Assembly (NCBI RefSeq): GCF_963921235.1
Contig: NC_086121.1
Location: forward strand, 21,824,001 to 21,888,000
Reading direction: 5' to 3'
Origin: Mobula hypostoma
Lineage: Eukaryota
Length of the DNA stretch: 64,000 nt
Shown here: positions 13,205-23,639 of the stretch, in pieces
Numbering within the stretch: position 1 is the first letter of the stretch
How the letters are laid out: every line of letters starts with the position of its first letter
Notes under the pieces: generated by a model
Told to the model about the DNA's origin: nothing
Seen by the model: the letters and a program-made list of their open reading frames with translations, nothing else
The model's database searches: none
Translations under genes and position numbers: made by a program

Positions 13205-14345
13205 AATGATAGAAATACTCAGCAGGTCAGCCAGCATTCCCTGGTGCAAGAAGCAGAGTTAATGTTTCAGGTCAAAGACCCTTTTGTCAGAAGTGGGAAT
13301 AGGAAAAAACAAATTGGTTTTAAATTGCAGAGTGGGTTGGGAAGGTACGGAAAGAACAAAGGGAATATCTCTGATAAAGTGCATAATGTGTATACAAGGA
13401 CATCCAGTCAATAGGTTCATGAGGACAGTTGGCAAAAGAGAAAACACAAACACAGGAACAGAGAAACAGTGAACTGAGGATCGTACAAAAGTGGGAACAT
13501 AAATAGATGAATATACAAGTCAGAGCTGTAAGACAAGCCCAGCAGTTCAGTCTGTGGTATTGGAAGAGAGAAAAACAGAGTCAATATCATAGATAGATCA
13601 GTCAGTACTGAACAGACAAAGACGGCAAGCTGTCTTCAGTTGTGGAGTTCAGTTTTTAATATGGGACTCTGCAATGTGCCAGACGGAAGATGAGATGCTG
13701 ATCTTCAAGGTTACACTGGGCCTCAAATCTCAGATGGACAGGTCAGAAGGGGAATGAGAAAGGGAACTGAAGAGGTGGGCAATGGGAAGCTCAAGGCCTG
13801 CCATGCAGACTTGACGCTTGTGCTCTTCAAATTTGTTTCCTCAAAGTACATTGTGAACACCAAATGCTGTACTAAAATGGAACGAGTACAAGAACATTGT
13901 TGCCCCATCTGGAAAGCCTATTTGGATCGCGGAGGGAAAGGGTTACATTTTCTGCGGCTAAATAGAAAAGTGGTGTAACATTGGAACAGGAAGTCACAAA
14001 GTGAACAGTCAATCCCTTCAAAATGCTGATAGTGTGAAGAGGATATATCTGATCTTTAGCATACTGCAGTCAATGTTCACAATATGGCCTGCTCTACTCT
14101 GCAGAAACCGAATACAGATTGGGTAGTCACTATGTGGAACACCTGCAGTATGTCCACAGAGGTGTCCCTGAGATTTCCATTAATTCTCCATCCTATTCTG
14201 ACCTGTCTGTCTCTCCCTCATCCTCTCTGCACTTCTTTCTCTGTCTGACAAAGAATCACGTTGACTCTATTTCTCATCCTGCCTGACCTCCTGAGCACTT
14301 ACAGCATTTTCTGTTTTACTTACGGATTTATGGCATCTGTCATTA
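13205..14345. mobile_element. Old PLE remnants in inverted arrangement
   Basis: Minus-oriented terminal repeat at 13205-13290, minus GIY-YIG remnants at ~13620-13960, and plus remnants with tail at ~14070-14345. Confidence 0.55.
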
Positions 14346-14851
14346 CTGTGAATACTTTTGTAACTGGCTGTATCTTTGTGCTTTTAATAAGGTATTAATT
14401 CAATTAATAAGTTATTAGCAAGAATGAATTTGTAGTTTTATTATAATTTTTATCTGGGATTTTTCACAATATGTGGTGTTAGACTCTACCTAGTGGTGGC
14501 AGAGTGGTATAACAGTTACATAACGGTTATCACCTTTCCATGCTTCATTGGCTAAGTGTTAAACAGGCTACGACCTGTTTGCCTTCTCTTGGCCCTTTGC
14601 TTATCTCAGGATTGTGGCTGTATCTCAGTATTAAAGTGTCAGTTTCTGCAAAAATTGCCATTTTATCTTTCTCTTTTCCTGAGATTCTTTCCTTTAGTTT
14701 CATATGCTCTGTATCTGCTCCTTTTGTTTAAACTTCAAATAAATGATCATAAAGCAACAAGTTTTCCCTCATTCTTGGACTCCTAAAAGAACCCGCAGAT
14801 TGAAAAATCACCAGATCCGACAACACCAAAAGGAAACAATACATTTCTTAC

Positions 14852-15080
14852 CTGGACTGTCTGATGGAGGTTGATGGCTACAACTTTCTTCATGCAGTCT
14901 TTTATCATCTGAGAAGTAAAGAAGTTGGTCTCTCCTTTCTTATCAACCGTAATCTTCCTATAGTCCTCTAAAAGAATTGGACAAATGGCTTTTGTGGGAT
15001 GAGTCATGTAAATAGGGCCGTCATAACCAATCATCTCACTCATGTAAGGAAGGGCACCACAGTGGTCTAGGTGAAAATGG
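14852..15080 (-). CDS. INTS11: INTS11 coding exon 4 ([12 protein letters not shown]...HQTVQ)
   Basis: Within ORF 14783..15142. Metallo-beta-lactamase HxHxDH motif intact; 229 nt; AG/GT boundaries. Confidence 0.98.
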
Positions 15081-15364
15081 CTGGAAAAGGCAAAGATCAT
15101 TTGGTGAGCATTGTAACCAATTGGTATTTTGAAACCTTTCAAAAATACACTTTATTCATTATATACAGTAGTAAAAATGGGATATGGCATCATCTTCATT
15201 CACTTTATGAGCATAACATTACATTTGCTTATAACTTGTTGACACAGTGTAAGTGTAACCATTGATTCAATCAAAAACATTTTGTCAATAATATTTTTAT
15301 TATATGCCAATCAACTATGTTTCTGGGTTTTCTTTCGGATTCAGTGATAGATGGGCTTTATAAA

Positions 15365-15880
15365 GACATTCCGCCCAGAGCCTTTGCAGTGACTGCATGA
15401 AGGTTCAGTGTGTCTCTCAGCAAATACCCCTGCAAACTGGAATGCGTTAGATGCCAGTGTTTGGTTCTGGATAATGCCTTGCATTGGGCAGACCAAAGTA
15501 GGCCTTTCATCATGTAATGACCTTCCAGCAGTAAACATCCCCAGAAACCGCCCACAGGGCACAGTCATTAACTACTCAGCTGCTTGGGATGAATCTTCAC
15601 AAAGACCAATACGTCCCTTTGCAGAACTTCTTGGCAAACACACAGACCATAAGGAGATGGCGGGGGGGGGGGAACCACCTCATCCACACGGCAGCCACTT
15701 CAAGAATAGCGTGCGGTGGGATTCAGACCCCAGGAGTGCACGAACCATCTGACAGGGAGGGTCCCTCTCACCATGGTCAAACAAGGTCACAATGCATTTT
15801 TGAAAGCTGTGATGATGGAGCATTTTGTCAAATAATATCTAATCAACCAAGTAAAATGCTTGCTCTTAATGCCAATCAAC
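15365..15880 (-). mobile_element. Tx1-like LINE C-terminal remnant
   Basis: LLWSAQC...HSSLQGYLLRDTLNLHAVTAKA resembles Tx1 ORF2 ends; heavily decayed. Confidence 0.55.
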
Positions 15881-16252
15881 CACATTTCCGGGTTTTCTTA
15901 AGGATTCAACAGTTTGTTCAAACCGTATGGTCTAAATAGCGGACAACTTAGAGGTTGTTAAAAAGAAGCAGAACTTGAATAGAACTAAAAATCTGCTGCA
16001 ACATACTAAAATAGGCTAACATTTTTGAAATTAAATCTTCTGGGACTAAAATCCTTAACTGAAACAGACTGCTATCACATTAAGCAAAATATTGCCACTG
16101 TTATATATCTGAAATACAAAAAACTAGAAAGCAGTAGAATTCTTAGCACATGAAGCAGTGGAAAGGACTATAGTCAGAAACTATTTCTCCTTCATACCTC
16201 TACAATGGTTCCAACAATCCAATAAATTTGAATTCAAGGGACCAAAAGTTAC

Positions 16253-16326
16253 CTGATAATGACACAGTCCAGAAATTCTGTGAGTCTTCCATTCTGGGTT
16301 ATGTAAGAGAAATCAGGAAAGCGTCT
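16253..16326 (-). CDS. INTS11: INTS11 coding exon 3 ([25 protein letters not shown])
   Basis: AG/GT boundaries, 74 nt, near-identical to vertebrate INTS11. Confidence 0.97.
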
Positions 16327-17589
16327 CTGAAGAAAAAAACGTGAAAATACCAAATAATCATGGTGTAGTTCACAGAAGCTGATAGATCAGGAAAACATTT
16401 TGTGAGGTTTGGGGATGGGAATGAGGCCATTTAGCCCATCAGATCTCTGTCCGGCTTTTTAGCAATCTCACTAAACTCTCTGTTTCCTCTGCTTCGAGGG
16501 TTCATCCACAATTCTGAGAAAGTGCATTACCTCTTGTGAAAAAGCATTTCATATTCTAAAAACCTTCTGAGCTCTTTCCTTACTCTTTTAATGACATTAT
16601 TGTTGGGAAATACTGTTGGTCTTCCCTCAAGTTCAAATTCAAGTTTAATTATCATTCAACCATACCTGAATACAGCTGAATGAAACAGCGTTCCTCTGGG
16701 GCCAAGGTGAAAAACATACACAGCATAGCATCAGGCACACAGCACATTCAAGATAGCAAGAACACAATTACACAAAAAATATTTTACAGCCCAAGTCCCT
16801 GAGTGACACGTCCCACAAATTGATGGTGCAATTCCAAACAGCCGGTAGACAAACACACAAATGTAATCCAGCTGATCGTTCCACCAATTTGACACTGGAG
16901 GTGACCAATTGTGCTCAAATTAAGTGACAGATCAGGAAGGAGTCACTACAACAAGTAATGATATCCCAGGCCAGAAATGGCCAGACAAATCAAGCTAATT
17001 CCTGTTCAACACCAAATCTGTGCCACTGCAGTAGCTGGGAATGATCAAGTTCCTCACATGTCCTTGGTTGACTTCCTTGAAGTCATTATTACCTAGTAAG
17101 TATACTTGGAAGCTTACATCCACCTGACATGGCTAAGATGTACTCTGTTTTCAAATATTCCAAGTTCACACTTGCAGACTTTCAAATGGAACAAGGCACC
17201 CAAGGATGTGAAAACATCCCCTTAGCATTTTGGGCAGTGGAAAATCTAAAACTGAAACATTTATTTAAAAAGACTGCATGGAACTACCTTGAATCTTGTG
17301 ATACAGAAACAACACAGGACTCTCAAAATCCACATTTTATATAAAAACTTCATGTTGAAAATAAAAAACTCGTTAAAATTAATTTTTATTCCCAAAGGCA
17401 ATTATTTTCTCGCTCAGTAGGATTCTATATACTGGCTAATACCTGGGCAATAACTTTCTCCTTGCAAAATGAAGTCAGAGGAAGTGACCCAAATGAGCTA
17501 GAACTGATAAAAATCCAATCTCCATTCTGCATGCACAGAAGGATATGTATCAACAAATGCTAAAGAAATTGGTTTCATCAGTCACAATA

Positions 17590-17770
17590 GCAAAGGAAAA
17601 ATGTACCCAGGATATGCTGGAGGAACTCAGCAGGCCAGGAAGATCTATGAAAAAGAGTAAACAGTCGACGTTTTGGGCCAAGGCCCTTCATCAGGAGTGT
17701 GTGAGTGTGAGTGTGTGTGCACGTGCGCTGCTTTGGATTTCCAGCATCTGCAGATTTCCTTGTGTTTTTG
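17590..17770 (-). repeat. PLE-derived short repeat with hammerhead (GAAA mutated to AAAA) and inverted tail
   Basis: GTCGACGTTTTGGGCCAAGGCCCTTCATCAGG. Confidence 0.75.
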
Positions 17771-18390
17771 ATATAGCCAGAGTTCCCTTCCTTTGTTGTA
17801 TTGTAAAACTGGTTGTACACGGCAACTGAATCAGGCTCTCAGCGTACATCCTTGCTCCGTGTAAAGTAACGGAAGAGCAGCCACAATCAATATATCACAT
17901 CGGAAGGTTCACTTCTACATACACTTGAATTTTCATTACATTCCCTTAGTGAGTGAGACTCCACACCAGAAGCAAAAAACACACACACACAGATCTATTT
18001 CATTCGTTCTTGCACTCTCCCTCTCCCACCGAGTGAACAAAACTAGAGTCTTTCTCAGATCACCCTCCCAGTTAGAAAGGCATAGTGCTCTCCCGACTGC
18101 CAGCACCACAGTCGGACAAGCTGCTTTAAAAGGCTTGTGCGCACAGAGGTCACTCAGCTCAATTATAATGTCTCCAGTACCTTGGAACGTTAAACCTAGA
18201 AACGCTGCCCTCCCACCTTCCCACTGGGGGTGCAGTGGTCCAAGAATTTCATTCTTGGGGAAGAATAACAAAAGGAAAGATAAACCATTTGAACTCTACG
18301 CTGTCCATCACGTTAAGGTACCAGACGGTGTATAAGACGATTACAGCTTTCTTGTATTTTCTTTCCACTTCAGTAACTGCATTCACTTAC

Positions 18391-18488
18391 ATCATCATTA
18401 AACCCCATGTGCATTCCGCAATCCAGCATCACATTTTTCCCACCGATTGAGACCAATATGCAGCTACGGCCCACATCTTGGCCAGCCC
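18391..18488 (-). CDS. INTS11: INTS11 coding exon 2 ([32 protein letters not shown])
   Basis: AG acceptor at 18490-18489 and GTAAGT donor. 98 nt, contains the MBL motif LDCG, and follows an 87-nt intron. Confidence 0.97.
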
Positions 18489-18575
18489 CTGAAAAATAAA
18501 AAAGCTAGTTGTTTTTATGAACTTACTGCACCATGAATTCCATTGCATAACTTGGCTTATTGTGGGATTTCTTAC

Positions 18576-18603
18576 CCAGGGGCGTGACTTTTATTTCAGG
18601 CAT
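18576..18603 (-). CDS. INTS11: INTS11 (Integrator subunit 11 / CPSF3L) coding exon 1, MPEIKVTPLG
   Basis: ATG at 18603 reads ATG CCT GAA ATA AAA GTC ACG CCC CTG G|gtaag. This matches the INTS11 N-terminus (human MPEIRVTPLG). 28 nt, ends phase 1. Confidence 0.95.
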
Positions 18604-18653
18604 TTTATTCCCGGTTTCCCTCAGCCAGATCGAAGTGAGGTCAGCCACTCATC
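18604..18653 (-). other. INTS11: 5' UTR part of the ATG-bearing INTS11 exon (putative acceptor at 18655-18654)
   Basis: About 60 nt of AG-free, T-rich sequence ending TTTAG precedes 18653 on the minus strand, and there is no CpG promoter here. This implies an upstream non-coding exon, with a candidate donor GAG|GTAGG at 22451. Confidence 0.6.
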
Positions 18654-19355
18654 CTAAATTTTGTAAATCAAGATTGTAAAGTTCAAGTAACACAATAAAA
18701 GCAAAACACAACATGAGCTATCAGTTGGTTCCCCTGCTGTGACTCTCCTTGCAGACTTGGACAGGAGAAGATGTGTCAATATACTGAGGACTAGAGAAAG
18801 AACAGTTTCTCCATATCACTCTTATAACCTTCTTTTCAATATTTTAACAACTTAATAACCATATTTAGCATATGAAAATGTATATACATAATTGGCCCAC
18901 AGAACTATGAACTGCAACACAGCACTTAACAAGTGGTGAAGTAATATAATTTAATAAGAGTACAAAATTATTTTCACAAACACAAGGGATTCTGCAGACG
19001 CAGTGTGTCTTTGTTTAAAATTATTTTGATTCTGTCAAATCTGGTGTGATTTCCGATCCTCAGGTTATTTTAGGAGGTGAAGAATGAGTTGAAAAACTTG
19101 TTACTTCACAATTGTTTACTGAAAGTTTAAAACAAAAAAAAACAGGCACAGGGCACAAATGAACAGGAACTAAAGAACTGAGAGAGCTAAAATAACTAAC
19201 ACAAAGATAGTGATTTTTGCAGAAACTGACACTTTTATAACGAGGTACAAGCAAGTTCCTGAGATAAGAGAGGGCCTATTGGAAGGCACACAGGTATGGC
19301 ATGTTTAACACAGCCAATGAAAAATGAAAAATGATAAACTGTTATATCATTTTAC

Positions 19356-19830
19356 AAGTCAAGTCAAGTGACTTTTTATTGTCATTTCAACCATAACTGC
19401 TGGCACAGAACATAGTAAAAATGAGACGACGTTTTCCAGGACCATGGTGCTACATGAAACGATACAAAAACTACACTGAACTACTGAAGAAAAAAACACA
19501 AAAACTACACTAGACTACAGACCTATCCAGGACTGCATAAAGTGCACAAAACAGTGCAGGCACTACAATAAATAATAATAAATAATAAACAAGACAATAG
19601 GCACAGTAGAGGGCAGTAGGTTGGTGTCAATCCAGGCTCTGGGTATTGAGGAGTCTGATGGCTTGAGGGAAGAAACTGTTATGTAGTCTGGTCGTGAGAG
19701 CCCGAATGCTTCGGTGCCTTTTTCCAGATGGCAGGAGGGAGAAGAGTTTGTATGAGGGGTGCGTGGGGTCCTTCATAATGCTGTTTGCTTTGCGGATGCA
19801 GCGTGTGGTGTAAATGTCTGTAATGGCGGA
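19356..19830 (-). mobile_element. Rex1/Babar-type LINE 3' fragment (different subfamily)
   Basis: KANSIMKDPTHPSYKLFSLLPSGKR...NSFFPQAIRLLN; (GACTT)n tail. Confidence 0.8.
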
Positions 19831-20534
19831 CCAGTAGTACCACCAGTAGGTGGAGTCTAACACCACATATTGTGAAAAATGCAAGTTGTATGTTAGTGAA
19901 ACTACAAATTCAGTCTTGCTAAAAACTCATTACTTCAATTAATACCTTATTAAAAAGCATAAAGAACAGGAGATTCCAACAATGCTTCCAATGGAACTGA
20001 CTATTCTAATCATATTTTTTTTCACAAATACACTTCATAAATATTTAATCTTGAAATACTGATGGTTTCCAACCTTAAAAATTACTAGTGTGATATGAGT
20101 GTGAAAACAATGGTGATAACTTTCTACATTCTTCTTCTTTTTACATTTCACTGTCTTGTTACCTTGTGAAAGCCAGTGAAGATAATCTTTTGACTGTGTA
20201 TCATCTGAAATGTCAGAATCTATCAAACTTCCTCAGTTCCAGTGAGGGTTAAAAGACCCAGAGCTTGAGACAAAGGAAACGTTGACAGTTAAGGCAGAAC
20301 CTTTGGAGTAACGAAAGCCTGGTAGTATTTCATCTTGAAACCTTGCATCCAGTCAAACGATTAACCGGTATTCTGTGTTATAATGTATTTTTGAGCCTAT
20401 TAGCTCTCAATCCAAAATATATTTATCTGATTACATTGCTGTGAAATAAGCATTGTTCAAATCGGAAGCATTATATATTTAAAACTCTTAATACGATTAC
20501 GTTCTCCTGCAAGCTCCCTTCATGCACATAGTAC

Positions 20535-21754
20535 GAATGCCACATGTGGTGAGTATCTGCTTAAATCTCAAAAGATGGTGAAAGTCTATGAGCTCTACTT
20601 TGGGTGGCAACCAAAACAAAGCATGGGCTCCTCACATTTGTTGCGTAATATGCACTGTCAGTCTGAGAGTTTGGCTCAGAGGTACTCGGAAGTCAATAAT
20701 GTTCGCTGTCCCACTCCGAGAGCAGAAGGATCATGTGACAGACTGTTACTTCTGTCTGACCAATGTAGCTGGTTTCTCTACTAAAAACAAGAAATCCTGA
20801 GTACCCCAGTCTCCCTTCAGCCATGAGACGTGTGCCACGTGACAACAGTCTTCCAGTAATGAAGCCACCAGGCACATGGAGTCTAGAGGAGGCAGACAAA
20901 AATGCCATGATGCACGAGCCAGGAATGGAAAATGACACTGATTCTGATACGGATTTTGAACCCTTTATGTCGAGTGAGCCTCATCTGATGACTCAGTCTG
21001 AATTGAATGACCTGGTCAAAGATTGGGTTTGTCAAAGGCAAAAGCAGAATTACTAGGTTCAAGACTGCACGGTGGAATTTGCTGACACCAGACACAAGTG
21101 TTTCTGTGAAGGATTTCAATACTTGAGACAGATGTCCAGAATAACTGATGCCAAGGTTAAGGAAGGCATTTTTGCTGGTCCACAAACCAAACTGGTCAAT
21201 AACAGACAATTTGAAGAACTTCTAATGGGATTGGAGAAAATCGCATGGAAGGCATTCAAGGATGTTGAAAACGTTCTTGGCAACTACAGAGCACCAAACT
21301 TTGTGCAGCTGGTTGACAAGATGCTTCAAGCATACAAAACCATGAAGCACAACATGTCACTAACGATTCATTTTCTTCCCTGCAAATCTTGCAGTCAGTG
21401 ACATGCATGGTGAAAGGTTTCACCAGGACATCGTGGACATGGACAAACAGTATCAGGGCAACTGGAATCCATCAATGCTGGCTGATTATTGTTGGCCACT
21501 TAAGCGAGAAGCCTCAGATATTGAGTACAATGTAAATCATCATGAAAACATTTTTAGTTTAGCTGAACTATTGCAAAGCATTAGCATCATTGTGCAATTA
21601 AACACATTATATTCAATAAAAGTTATTTCTTTTTTCCCCAAATTTCTATGTAATACAAGTGGTCTGAAATTATGTGTTCGGCTTCAAGCAATCTATCATA
21701 ACCACAAAAAAATTCTGACAATGCAACACTTCCAAAAAAATTTTCTGTCCAATG
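20535..21754 (+). mobile_element. Chapaev3-like (CMC superfamily) DNA transposon remnant, internally deleted
   Basis: Motifs spread across ORFs: WAPHICC, DHVTDCYFC, QSELNDLVKD, DAKVKEGIFAGPQ, NMSLTIHFL, HGERFHQDI, MLADYCW. The central catalytic core is missing between ~21095 and ~21105. Right end ...TTTCTGTCCAATG resembles a CAC-type TIR. Confidence 0.7.
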
Positions 21755-22439
21755 TTATCAAATGATTCCCCAGTACAATTAGACTGTTGACCTCACAATC
21801 TACTTTATTGCCTTGCAGCTTATTGTTCACCTGCAGTGCATTTTCCCTGTAGCTGTCATACTTTATTCTACATATTTTATTGTTTTACCTTCTTCTAATC
21901 AGTGCACTGTGTAATGATCAGTATGCAATGCAAGCTTTTCAGTGTCCTAACCTATTGTACGTGACAATAATAAACCAATTCTAGGTTCCAAGGAATGGGG
22001 AGGATATAAAGAGAAATGCTGTCAATCATTGCATTACCTGCAGGTTAGGGAATAATTGATGGCATCAAATAACTTTGTGAGAAATGTAAAAAGTGGTGGA
22101 ATCCAGGAATCCAGTTCTGTGATCCAAGAAAGTCAGACGCGACCTAAAATTCACAACAAATGTGTTTTTCAGATTAATATTCAGAGCACTTAAGCAGGGA
22201 AATAAAATAAGTTTATCTTCACAGTTTGCCCGCCACCCCGTGCTGCCATCAGTGAAAATGTAGAATGTACACCATCACCTCCCCGGCCGGCCGGGGCGCT
22301 TTGAGCTGTGAACAGCGCAACAGGTACGTCAGATTTTCCCGTTAACTGGAGGATCACGGCTCTGGACCGCTCTCCCCGCTGCGCACTGGGCAAACTCAAT
22401 GACAACATCCCCCTCCCATCCTCTACGGCAGCCCCCTGC

Positions 22440-22593
22440 TTCAGGCCTACCTCAAGCCCGGCGAATGTTACGTCACGCTGATTGACCCGCTGGAAAGCCA
22501 ATAGGATCACCGATTCCGTCGGACCGCTAGTGATAGGGCAAAGGGGAGGGGGGTGGGCCTGGCGACGGGCCGCTTCCGGGTTGAAGATGGCGG
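22440..22593. promoter_or_regulatory. Bidirectional CpG-rich promoter shared by INTS11 and CPTP
   Basis: Local CpG enrichment plus CRE/ATF-like TTACGTCA (22468-22475), CCAAT (22498-22502), GC/GT box (22543-22557), ETS CTTCCGG (22573-22579) and YY1-like AAGATGGCGG (22584-22593) overlapping the CPTP ATG. INTS11 and CPTP are also head-to-head in human. Confidence 0.8.
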
Positions 22594-22705
22594 ACGTAGA
22601 GCCGTTCAGGCTGAGTGAAGTCCTGGAGTCATTCAGGAGCTGCCTGACCGAGAGCGGGGAGCTGGTGCAGGAACATTACTTGGACGGATGGAAAGGGCTG
22701 GTGAA
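22587..22705 (+). CDS. CPTP: CPTP (ceramide-1-phosphate transfer protein, GLTPD1) coding exon 1
   Basis: MADVEPFRLSEVLESFRSCLTESGELVQEHYLDGWKGLVK; donor AA|GTGAGT at 22705/22706, phase 2. Confidence 0.93.
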
Positions 22706-23220
22706 GTGAGTGATCTAAAAGAATCCTGAAACCAAAGGAACTATGGATTCTGGGAATCTTAAAATAAAACCTGAAAATGCTGTGGAAATCCTCTGACTTT
22801 GACTTGAAACGTCGATCCGCAAAGGTGGACTAACTCACCCGCTGAGGTTTTCCAGCATTTTCCGTTTCTGTCTGAAATAATCCTGTCCTTGGAGCTGCTT
22901 TATGGTATCAGGGCAAAGTACAGTACGAGTTATTCATCGTGCAGACTATGACAATGAGCGATTATTAGGAGGGTGAGAGGGTTATGCCATTTCTGATTGT
23001 GTCTGAAGTATCTTGAATTAAATTTTTGGATGCGGGGTTCGTTAACAAGATCGACATTTAATGGCTGGCCTATACTATATTTAAAAATGTAGTGGGGAGT
23101 CGCTAGTCTCTGTTGAAGGGGGTATGTTCACTGTTGTTAGGTAGTGAGTGCAATTTTCAGATTTAGCGACAATGACAGACCGGCGATTATTTCCTCGTCA
23201 GACCCGGAGATGCTCTGGAT

Positions 23221-23265
23221 CAGGGGGTTCCCAACCTGTGGTCCGCGGACCCCTCGGTTAATGGT
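23221..23265. mobile_element. hAT/Charlie-type MITE end
   Basis: CAGGGGGTTCCCAACCTG terminal motif; partner end not found. Confidence 0.45.
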
Positions 23266-23639
23266 AATATAGATGATAATGTTCCCACCAGCCTACTCCC
23301 CTCGTCCTCGGTGATGGAAGTTTCAAGTTTGGAAAGCGTTTGGGTAGCCCGAAGGAGTAGATGTGGTGTACTCTCTGTACTGGAACTAGGGTGTGCCGGC
23401 AATGGGAGGTGTGAAAGTTTAGAATGACCAATTAAGGTTAATCACGTGAGCTGTCTCGTTCTAAGGTGGGGTTCAACATTTTGAGTGTTGTTCAGGCTGC
23501 ATTAACCAAGACTACTCACTGTAGGTAGTTAAGAGTACCGAGGTGAATTCCTCCCAGTTGAAACCCGTGAAGCAACAAATTGTTGTAATGTTTTTAAAAT
23601 GTAGACATTTAAATGAAGATATAAAATAGAGAAGTTTTC

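Noticed and set aside
22482-22586. N-terminal extension of CPTP from a TTG start
   Set aside because: Lies in promoter sequence; ATG 22587 has good context and gives the expected ~213-aa length.
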